Shown here: positions 21,661 to 29,870 of the stretch, piece by piece
How the letters are laid out: each line of letters begins with the position of its first letter
How positions within the stretch are numbered: position 1 is the stretch's first letter
NCBI RefSeq assembly: GCF_057098645.1
Contig: NZ_CM169472.1
DNA length: 64,000 bases
Reading direction: 5' to 3' (one strand)
Notes under the pieces: model-generated
What the model was told of the DNA's origin: nothing
The model's database searches: none
The model's input: only the letters and a program-made list of their open reading frames with translations
Made by a program: the position numbers and the translations under genes

Positions 21661-22503
21661 TTTTCCCGCCTCCGGGTGCGTATCAAACGCCGCCATCACC
21701 AGCGCTAACTCATCCACGGTAAAGCCATGTTTCGCATCATCCACGCCCAGACCAAACTGTTCTTGCATCACGGCATATAACGACGCCACATCCGGTAGAT
21801 TTCGCTGCTCCACCGCGTGCCCATTTTCATAATGGGTAAAATGAAAATTGGTCAGTGTCAGCTTGCCGCCGTCCGGTAAATGGCGGCACATCAGCAAATG
21901 ATGGCGAAAATGCGACTGCGGCCAGTGCGCCGACCAGAAATTGCCCATCACATAATCGCTTTGTTGCTGCTCGCAGAGATCAAAACGGTACATCGACTGC
22001 CAGTGCTGATGATGATTAAACTGCAACACCCAATTATCACCCTCCTGCAACAACCGATACTCTCCGTGTGGCGTGGTCTGCACGAGATCGGGAACTAAAC
22101 GAATCGGCGCGGTTAGCGTCTGCCCACCGAAACCGACATCAGCAATCCATTTTTCCTCTTCCAGTTCCACCAACAGCAAACGATGGGTGCGCGGCGGTAA
22201 TGCTGGCGGATTTGATAACACTACGCGCCCTAACAAGCTGCGAACGTTAAACCCCAGCTCGCGTAACACCCGCTCAAACACGCCATTCTGCTCAAAACAG
22301 TAACCGCCACGACGGGCTATCACCAGTTTCTCTTCCAGCGATTGATCATCAAGCTGCATTTCCCTCGGCAGCAAAACGTCGAGGTTTTCAAACGGAATGG
22401 TGCAATTGTGTTTCAGGTGCAATGCACGAAGCGTATCAATATTGACCGCAGCAGTTCCCGACCAGTTAATACGGGCAAAATAGTGATTCAGAATGGGCGT
22501 CAT
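21658..22503 (-). CDS. nhoA: Arylamine N-acetyltransferase
   Basis: 281 aa; NAT-family sequence. Confidence 0.9.
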   Translation of the reverse strand: MTPILNHYFARINWSGTAAVNIDTLRALHLKHNCTIPFENLDVLLPREMQLDDQSLEEKLVIARRGGYCFEQNGVFERVLRELGFNVRSLLGRVVLSNPPALPPRTHRLLLVELEEEKWIADVGFGGQTLTAPIRLVPDLVQTTPHGEYRLLQEGDNWVLQFNHHQHWQSMYRFDLCEQQQSDYVMGNFWSAHWPQSHFRHHLLMCRHLPDGGKLTLTNFHFTHYENGHAVEQRNLPDVASLYAVMQEQFGLGVDDAKHGFTVDELALVMAAFDTHPEAGK

Positions 22504-22675
22504 CAGGCGTTTCCCTTAGTGGTTTTCTCAACTTATAACCTGGAATAGACGCCGCACCGGCTATTTTGTGCGATCGCGGACATGCATCACGTTCGCAAAT
22601 CGCCAATCCCGTTAATTTCGTTACTTATTGCGTTACGGACTACGCTTAAAAAAACCTTCTTCGCGAGGCGATACC

Positions 22676-23245
22676 ATGAGCCGATTCATCCCCATAGAAT
22701 TACACCATGCCAGCCGTCTGTTAAATCATGGCCCAACGGTCTTGATCACCAGTTTCGATGAGCAATCCCAGCGGCGTAACATTATGGCTGCAGCCTGGTC
22801 AATGCCGGTGGAGTTTGAACCGCCACGCGTCGCGATTGTGGTAGATAAATCGACATGGACCAGGGAGTTGATTGAACGTAACGGTAAGTTTGGCATCGTT
22901 ATCCCGGGCGTTGCAGCAACTAACTGGACGTGGGCGGTGGGAAGTGTGTCGGGGCGTGATGAAGATAAATTTAATTGCTATGGCATTCCGGTTGTGAGAG
23001 GCCCGGTATTTGGTTTGCCTCTGGTCGAGGAAAAATGTCTGGCGTGGATGGAGTGCCGCCTGCTACCTGCGACTTCTGCGCAACAAAAATACGATACGCT
23101 GTTTGGCGAGGTGGTATCAGCAGCGGCAGACGCACGGGTATTTGTCGAAGGCCGCTGGCAGTTTGATGATGATAAGCTCAATACGTTGCATCATTTAGGT
23201 GCTGGCACGTTTGTTACCAGCGGCAAGCGTGTTACGGCAGGTTAA
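22676..23245 (+). CDS. yddH: Flavin reductase-like protein
   Basis: ATG 22676 after GAGG; ORF-track start 22628 is an upstream alternative start. Confidence 0.8.
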   Translation: MSRFIPIELHHASRLLNHGPTVLITSFDEQSQRRNIMAAAWSMPVEFEPPRVAIVVDKSTWTRELIERNGKFGIVIPGVAATNWTWAVGSVSGRDEDKFNCYGIPVVRGPVFGLPLVEEKCLAWMECRLLPATSAQQKYDTLFGEVVSAAADARVFVEGRWQFDDDKLNTLHHLGAGTFVTSGKRVTAG

Positions 23246-23248
23246 GCA

Positions 23249-23476
23249 TTACATGCTGTAACCGGGTTTCTTTATCAAAGCCTCCATTTGGGGCGCGATT
23301 TCGGCATCCCAGATAGCTTGCCAAGATTCTGGTTGAATCTGCTGTAGAGCAATGCTTATCGAACTGTCTTTACTGTTCATATGGCGAATAATAACGTCGG
23401 TAATATCTGCAGCAAGTGCTGCTTTTTGTTGTTCGTCCAGTTCACGCGGAAAACATTTAATGTCTATGTGCGGCAT
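23249..23476 (-). CDS. pptA: Tautomerase (4-oxalocrotonate tautomerase family)
   Basis: 75 aa starting MPHIDIK (Pro1 catalytic after Met removal). Confidence 0.8.
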   Translation of the reverse strand: MPHIDIKCFPRELDEQQKAALAADITDVIIRHMNSKDSSISIALQQIQPESWQAIWDAEIAPQMEALIKKPGYSM

Positions 23477-23574
23477 GATTACGCTCCTTTTGAAAGATGT
23501 CAGTAAAATTAACACACATTGTGAATGTCGTGTGTCCGGTAATGCGTTTTTACGACAATAATGCCAGGGCAAGA

Positions 23575-24102
23575 TTACGAAAGCCTTCTCCCCGCAAGGA
23601 CTGACGCCAGGTAGTTTCTGTCCATGGCTGCTTTTCGCATCTTACGTCTTAACCCAGCCTTGAATACCTTATCATTCGTCAAAATATTAATAGCAATGTG
23701 CCGTATCCCTGAAAATAATTCTGCTGCATTTCCTCTTCTTATTTTGCAGTCGTCTTCATTCATTACCACGTCCAGACGCCAGTGCAGCTTATTCTCCACG
23801 TGCCAGTGGTTTCGGATTGCTGTGGCGAACTTCTCTGCGGTTAAATCAGCAGAACTGATATAATATCTGACCGTCATTTCTGGCTCTTTCTTTTGTTCTG
23901 CTATTATGGACCGAAAGGAGACTGCCACGCATAATTTCTTCAGCCCTTTCCATTCAAACGTGAAATCAATAAGTTCATCAGGAACATCGCAAACAATATG
24001 AAGACGGATTTCTTCTCTGCCGTGACTAAAATGCGAATTATTTAGTACAAAAAAAGCGGCGCACCTTGTTCTTTCCCAGATTCCTAATATGGCAACTTTA
24101 AG
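23575..24102 (-). pseudogene. ISAs1-family (H-repeat-associated) transposase, 3' fragment only
   Basis: Open frame of 175 codons with no start codon; C-terminal region with [22 protein letters not shown] typical of H-repeat ORFs; N-terminal half replaced by AT-rich DNA. Confidence 0.7.
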
Positions 24103-24266
24103 TTATCGCCGTCTATACTTATAGAAATTTCATCAGGGGTGACATAAATAGAATTTTTTTCATCCTCAATTGCCCATAACTGATTAATAAAAAAGTGTTT
24201 TTTATCATCTAATAACAAATCATCACATGTAGTAAAATTATTAATATCAAAAAAAATCATCAGCAC
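24084..24266 (-). CDS. Hypothetical small acidic protein (58-60 aa)
   Basis: ORF only; overlaps the end of the upstream ORF; no clear RBS. Confidence 0.3.
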   Translation of the reverse strand: MLMIFFDINNFTTCDDLLLDDKKHFFINQLWAIEDEKNSIYVTPDEISISIDGDNLKLPY

Positions 24267-24678
24267 AATTAATTTTTAAATTTAAAAAATAAAGAAAAAT
24301 ATTATTGATTGATTTGAGTGTAAACCACTTGTCATTAACAAATTTATAGCTAGATGATTTTATAAAATAATAATTATCTCCTGGTATAAAGGCATACATA
24401 TCATTTAAGGTTATACTCAACAAAAAACTACGACCTGGTTTAATAGTATTCCAGCGTTCAGGATTCGTATTAATTTCAAAAGGACATGAACCACCTAAGT
24501 AGTCCAACGTGATATTCCCAGAGTTGATCCTGAATGGTTTTTTGCATATCGCATCATATTCATCTCCTTTTCCATCTTTTACTTTCATAGGTAGATAATA
24601 TTTAGAAAAAAAATACGTGGTAGAGCTATTGTTAGTAAAGGTTATGTTAGCAAAAATCCTGTTATTTTTTTTACTCAT
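24247..24678 (-). CDS. Hypothetical protein; frame is open upstream to 24822 without a start (possible disrupted gene)
   Basis: 143-aa ORF from ATG 24678; same frame open for a further 48 codons upstream; an overlapping 38-codon ORF with ATG lies in another frame. Confidence 0.4.
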   Translation of the reverse strand: MSKKNNRIFANITFTNNSSTTYFFSKYYLPMKVKDGKGDEYDAICKKPFRINSGNITLDYLGGSCPFEINTNPERWNTIKPGRSFLLSITLNDMYAFIPGDNYYFIKSSSYKFVNDKWFTLKSINNIFLYFLNLKINCADDFF

Positions 24679-24956
24679 AGCTAATTGAGCATTGACATCC
24701 GCTATATAATTTATATGATTACATTTTTTCTTACACTCATCATAATTTTCGATAGGATAAATTAATGGTCTTCCTTTGATATCTCTCTCAAGCCCAAACC
24801 CGTATTTTTTATTAAAACCATTTCATCCGCAGTCGATTGAAAGGAATAGAAAAATATAATATTTACGATTGTCATTATTATGATTTTTTTATAGCTTGCA
24901 GCATTAATATATTTCTCGACTTATTAGTTAATGGAGAAGTGTTTTTTCTAATTCCG

Positions 24957-25184
24957 CTATTTTTTCTTAACTGAATTGCTTAATATTTCATCATTAATCG
25001 AGTCTATCTCACTTTCAATTAATCTTATTTCAAAATATCTTTCTATGTTATATGCATTCTCAAATATTTGATCTTTTTGTTTAGAGATCAGTTTAGTTGC
25101 AATACGGATATGTTCGTCATATGAAACTTCATCCTCTTTGCACGTTGAATATTTATCAGTAGTTGTATAATCCTGTGACCACAT
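24957..25184 (-). CDS. Hypothetical acidic protein (75 aa)
   Basis: ATG preceded by AAAAGGTGGT; net acidic; AT-rich. Confidence 0.5.
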   Translation of the reverse strand: MWSQDYTTTDKYSTCKEDEVSYDEHIRIATKLISKQKDQIFENAYNIERYFEIRLIESEIDSINDEILSNSVKKK

Positions 25185-25266
25185 ACCACCTTTTTATTAT
25201 CCCCATAATACCACTGAATATGAGACATTTCATGACATAAAGTAGTAACATGAGAATCCTTTCCCG

Positions 25267-25716
25267 TTACTGGATTTTTTTGCCATCTCTATACTCAAAT
25301 TTTGCGCCTATGTTAATTATATAGGACATATCCTTACTTGGGCTGACGAATGCTGCAAATTCATTACAACCTGTATAATTTATAAAACTGCTCATTGTTA
25401 AATCATTAGCTATAATCATTAATCTTCTCACGCCATCCATCATAAGAAATCTAGCATTCATGCGCCTACCTGTATTATATCCATATTTTCTTATATTAAC
25501 TTCCTTATTTCCTTTAACACCAAAGATCTTACTGAAATAATATTCCTCCTGTGCTCCCCATCTCAAAAGATCATCTGCTCTTTTTATCAAAACCAACTTT
25601 TGTGCCTTACGAGCCTTATCAATCATTATTTTAAAATGATCAGTTATTTTTTGCTCTTTCACACATTCTTCTGGCTCTGGCTTTGGTTGTCCAGAAGTTT
25701 GATTATTATCGTCCAT
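25267..25716 (-). CDS. Hypothetical basic protein (149 aa from internal ATG)
   Basis: ATG 25716 preceded by GGAAGGA; net basic; no family recognised. Confidence 0.5.
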   Translation of the reverse strand: MDDNNQTSGQPKPEPEECVKEQKITDHFKIMIDKARKAQKLVLIKRADDLLRWGAQEEYYFSKIFGVKGNKEVNIRKYGYNTGRRMNARFLMMDGVRRLMIIANDLTMSSFINYTGCNEFAAFVSPSKDMSYIINIGAKFEYRDGKKIQ

Positions 25717-25903
25717 AGTGTCCTTCCATTGAGAGAAAATCATCATTCGCAAATAGCAACTAAAAAGCAGCATTACTTGACCTTTCCCTGCATAACAATA
25801 TTTATAAAATAATACGTTTTATGATCTCACCTTGGGCTCCCAACAAGATAATTTCAGTTTTAAAGACTTTCACGAAAAAAATATAGAAATACCTCACCAC
25901 CCT

Positions 25904-26194
25904 TCACTTACCAATTAATCTCACAGGAAATCCAACTTCCTTACCACAAATACAATCCCAAGTAACACCTCCCAAAATTTTTGATACTTTAGGCTGCAAT
26001 GGCATTATTGACATTATAAATTTATCAAGTTCTTCGCTATATTTAATTCCCTTTATATTTCTTATTATTGATATTCTAGCAGTAAAGATAGCCGTCTCTC
26101 CATCTACACTAAAAGTGTAATTACAATTTTTTGTAATCTCATCAAATTCAACCGATAACAAATCAATATTATGGTTTGTAAACACTATGCCCAT
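25904..26194 (-). CDS. Hypothetical protein (96 aa), candidate immunity partner of the upstream papain-like domain
   Basis: ATG 26194 overlaps the stop of the upstream ORF by 26 nt. Confidence 0.45.
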   Translation of the reverse strand: MGIVFTNHNIDLLSVEFDEITKNCNYTFSVDGETAIFTARISIIRNIKGIKYSEELDKFIMSIMPLQPKVSKILGGVTWDCICGKEVGFPVRLIGK

Positions 26195-26672
26195 TCCATA
26201 CCTCCTTAAATTCCTGTTCAGTCATCAGATATCGACTCCCTTGATATGGATCATATATTATCACATTCCCAGCATCATCAACACCCTTAACAAGTACCCA
26301 ATGCCCTACTTTACTTCCAGAATCCCATATCATTGCTCCCCATGAACCAGTATTACTGAGGGCATATAAACTAGATTCGCTCACTGCATTCCCTTCCCAG
26401 CCGACATCAAATTTATTAAGCTTGTTTGCCAGCGACGTCATAGATGTTAATTCTGTTCCAATTACATTTTGCGTGACAAAAATATACCTATCCCTAAGCA
26501 ACATTTCCCCACAGGCCGCTCCACAGCCTGTTAAAGTCAATTGCTTTATTACATTTGAATCTAAAACCTCATCAAATACTGTCCAATTGCCACCAGCACC
26601 ACCTTCTAAAACTACCGGCTCTACAAATACTTTCCCAGAGATATTTTCTTCTGGTATTTTTGCGGGTATCCA
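26169..26672 (-). pseudogene. Orphan papain-like (C39-like) cysteine peptidase-fold domain without an ATG/GTG start
   Basis: Frame open 26672-26169; only TTG at 26540; motifs TGCGAACGEML (Cys) and GHWVLVKGVDD...IIYDP (His, Asp) in papain-fold order. Confidence 0.5.
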
Positions 26673-28144
26673 TTACTGGTGGCGTCTTCAAACCGCAGCT
26701 CGTTAAATCCGCTTCCTTTATAGGTTTTTGACCGGATGGTCATCTGCGTCTTCGTTCCCGGCAGGTCGCCCGGCGAACGGTTGTCCTCATGGTAGGTCCG
26801 CCCCATGATTATCGGCTGGTCCGGGTCGCCGTTCAGAAAATCAACAATCACCTCCTGGCCCACCCGCGGTATCGCCAGGTTACCGAACCCCGGCCCCGCC
26901 CACGCCTGCGACACCCGCACCCAGCATGAACTCGCCTCCGTCATCCCGTGATAACGGTCCCAGTGGAACTTCACCCGTACCCGGCCATGCTCGTCGCAGA
27001 AAATCTCTTCTCCCGCAGGCCCGGTGACAATGGCGCTCTGTGGCCCGTCCACCTTCGGTTTGTTTTGCAGCCGTGGACGCCACGTCCGGTCCGCCGGTAT
27101 CACCTCTAACTGATTTCCCAGCGTGGTTCCCTTTCCCTGGCTGCCGTGCAGCGCCTGCGGCTGGCTTCCTGACAGTATGCTCTGTACCACCTGCCATTCA
27201 CGGTTCAGCATCTTCTGCGGATGCCTCGTCAGCGTAAACCGCGTTCCCGGCCACAGCCTCGGCGAATTACTCTGCCCTGTGGCCTTTTCCGCATCACTGC
27301 GCAGGCTGTCCATCTGGTACAGCGTGAAATCCTTGCCGTGCTGCTCGTCCTTGAACCTTCCCGGATAATCAAATATCTCATACTGCGCCAGCTGTCCGTT
27401 CAGGTTCTCACCCTGCTGCTCATACATCCCCGGCCAGTCCGGCACCTTAAACGTGTAATCCTGGCTCTGTACCGACGACGGGCGGACATACGCCTCATAA
27501 CGGAACATACTGACACACTCTGTCTCCGCTCCTGCCGATGTGTCCGGGTTAAACGGAAACTCCCCCGCCTGTGACAGCCCCGCCACATCGTCGCACAGCG
27601 TCAGCTTCTGCTCCGGACTGTCCGCCGCAAACCGCTCAAAGAAGAAAATCCCCTCCTCCGCCCACAGCCGCGCCAGAAACGCCAGGTCGCTCTCACCGTA
27701 CTGGACACAGAACTCCCGCGCCGGATGGTCTTCATAAAACAGCGGAGTCCACTCCGTGACGCCGTTCTCGTTCAGTAACGTGGCCGATACCGTCCGGATA
27801 TCCTGCTGCTGGAAGATACGGAAGTTCTGCCGCAGCCCGCACCGCCATAACGGCGGCTCAATACGCAGGTGATAACGCATCTGCCAGCCATTGTTCTCCT
27901 GCATGCCAAAGCCCGCCACCACGCCGGTAACATAACGCAGCGGGATGACGCCCTGCCAGATGGTCAGCGTCGCCTTCTTCTCCAGCAGCATCCCCGCCGT
28001 CTGCATAAAAGAGTCGCTGGCAACATCCACACTCATCACAAACGGATATGACTGGTTCTGGATTAACCTGAAATTCGCCACTGCAAAGGTGTCCGGCTCC
28101 TGGCCGTCAATCTCCAGCGTAAAGCGCAGACCTTTTAAGGACAT
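26621..28144 (-). CDS. VgrG (T6SS spike) N-terminal gp27/gp5-like portion, truncated at ~490 residues
   Basis: Conserved VgrG blocks incl. SSCWVRVSQAWAGPGFGNLAIPRVGQEVIVDFLNGDPDQPIIMGRTY; C-terminal 20 residues unrelated; GC-rich then abrupt AT-rich junction near 26670. Confidence 0.85.
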   Translation of the reverse strand: MSLKGLRFTLEIDGQEPDTFAVANFRLIQNQSYPFVMSVDVASDSFMQTAGMLLEKKATLTIWQGVIPLRYVTGVVAGFGMQENNGWQMRYHLRIEPPLWRCGLRQNFRIFQQQDIRTVSATLLNENGVTEWTPLFYEDHPAREFCVQYGESDLAFLARLWAEEGIFFFERFAADSPEQKLTLCDDVAGLSQAGEFPFNPDTSAGAETECVSMFRYEAYVRPSSVQSQDYTFKVPDWPGMYEQQGENLNGQLAQYEIFDYPGRFKDEQHGKDFTLYQMDSLRSDAEKATGQSNSPRLWPGTRFTLTRHPQKMLNREWQVVQSILSGSQPQALHGSQGKGTTLGNQLEVIPADRTWRPRLQNKPKVDGPQSAIVTGPAGEEIFCDEHGRVRVKFHWDRYHGMTEASSCWVRVSQAWAGPGFGNLAIPRVGQEVIVDFLNGDPDQPIIMGRTYHEDNRSPGDLPGTKTQMTIRSKTYKGSGFNELRFEDATSNGYPQKYQKKISLGKYL

Positions 28145-28162
28145 AAATACCTCTCAGACATA

Positions 28163-28447
28163 TCAGCCTACATTTACCGTACCGCCACCAATGACCACAC
28201 CACCACAGTCGATGGCATCACCGGTTCTGGCGGCGGGCAGGCCGTCAATAAAGACGGTTGACGAGCCTCTGGCGATTTTACGGGGATGAGGGGGATGCTT
28301 CGGTTTAGCATGCGGCGTCAGCGGATCTCCCTGGCGGGCTGCGGGGAGACCATCGATAAAAACGGTGGATGACCCGGCGGTGATGACGGTCTCGTAATAA
28401 CCGTCGTGCTGGGTGCCTTTGTCGGTGAGTTTGGCTGCTAAAGGCAT
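28163..28447 (-). CDS. PAAR-domain protein (94 aa)
   Basis: Two STVFIDGLPAAR(Q/T)GD PAAR motifs; AGGAGG RBS; 18 bp upstream of vgrG. Confidence 0.8.
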   Translation of the reverse strand: MPLAAKLTDKGTQHDGYYETVITAGSSTVFIDGLPAARQGDPLTPHAKPKHPPHPRKIARGSSTVFIDGLPAARTGDAIDCGGVVIGGGTVNVG

Positions 28448-28986
28448 AATTCCTCCTGTTCAGAATTTCTACAGCAGCAGGTTTCAAAAATCCGGAGAAA
28501 TATTCAACGAAATATTAATCACTTCACCGGATATTCTGATACGTACCTTCACTGGTCTATTTAAGTAATACAAATTGTTGGCGTGAATTAAGTTCCATTT
28601 TGTTCTCCTTAATTATGTAAGGAGTATTTGATCATGTATAAGCAATAAAAACAGCTTCAGGAAATAAGGAATATCGCAATTTTTAAACATAAAATGCGAA
28701 TCGTTCAATACAAAAAAGCAGCGTTGCGTAATCTTTCCCTGATTAAATACGCTACCGCCCTACCCTGATGACATGATCTGCACTGCACTATCATATCGAC
28801 ATGTTTCTCTACATGCGAAAAGATGTTTTATTTTCGGATTGTATTAAATTGATATTTCATATAAAAAACGAAATTACATCAATCATATAAATAGTTGTAC
28901 CAACTTTAATTACTATTCATAGCAAACAAATGAATATCCAGTTAACTACGCCAGTGATTCATTAACATTAACCTCCGGCATTATTG

Positions 28987-29604
28987 TTAAATAATGACAT
29001 TCCTTTTTAATACTTCTTGTAATTTCGGTAACTGACATACAGCATCAGCAATCGCACTGATATTCGTGGCATTATCCTGAAACCATTCATGCCCAGGCCC
29101 CCATGTGCGCATAGTGCAAAGATAACAGTCCACCAGCGTTAGTTGCTCACCAAACGCATAAGGTTCAGCGGTCAATTGTGAATTCAGCCAGATATAAAGC
29201 GATTTACGATATTCAATAACATTCTTCTTTAACTGTTCGGGTGCGTCAGGAGCCCAACGCTCAGGGTAATCGGCGAAAGTGAATGTTGGATAGACATTAG
29301 CAACCAGCCAGACCAATAGCCGTTGAAACTGCTGACGTTCGGCGCGCCCAACCGGTGGCGCAAGGTCCGGGCGACGATCGAGAACCATCAATGCAATCGC
29401 CGCTGTCTCCGTCATAATCTCGTCATTTTCCAGCGCCAGTGTCGGAATCTGACACAACGGGTTCAGGGTTTTCAATAACTCGCGTGAAGTTCCCTCGTGG
29501 TCAAAACCACTGACATCAACGAACTGATAAGGAATATCAGCCAGTGTTAGCATCAGCTCACTGATTGTAGAGCCCCATCCGGGTACGCCATACACCTTAA
29601 TCAT
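28987..29604 (-). CDS. yncG: Glutathione S-transferase-like protein
   Basis: 205 aa; GST fold sequence; synteny. Confidence 0.85.
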   Translation of the reverse strand: MIKVYGVPGWGSTISELMLTLADIPYQFVDVSGFDHEGTSRELLKTLNPLCQIPTLALENDEIMTETAAIALMVLDRRPDLAPPVGRAERQQFQRLLVWLVANVYPTFTFADYPERWAPDAPEQLKKNVIEYRKSLYIWLNSQLTAEPYAFGEQLTLVDCYLCTMRTWGPGHEWFQDNATNISAIADAVCQLPKLQEVLKRNVII

Positions 29605-29870
29605 ATGCCCCTCACAATCTTTTAAAGATTAAGTGTAGGACAGTACACAGGTTAACCAGCAAAAGGATTTGTCATTTTTTCGTCAGTTGTATTAATCCCC
29701 TTCAGGATTGTAAGGGGATGTTTTGCATCGTTTATCGATAACGGGTAGGATGCTGCGCCGATAGTTTTATACCCATAAAGAATAATGGTGATAACTATCA
29801 TCGCCAGGATGAATAAACATTGTTCATGGCAACTTATATGACTTTTTCATTAAAGCAATCAGGGAGAGCA

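Noticed and set aside
26621-28447. Possibility of a functional T6SS locus around PAAR-vgrG
   Set aside because: No hcp, tssA-M, clpV or other core genes within the 20 kb on either side; vgrG lacks its C-terminal beta-helix region, so this is an orphaned remnant island rather than a secretion system.
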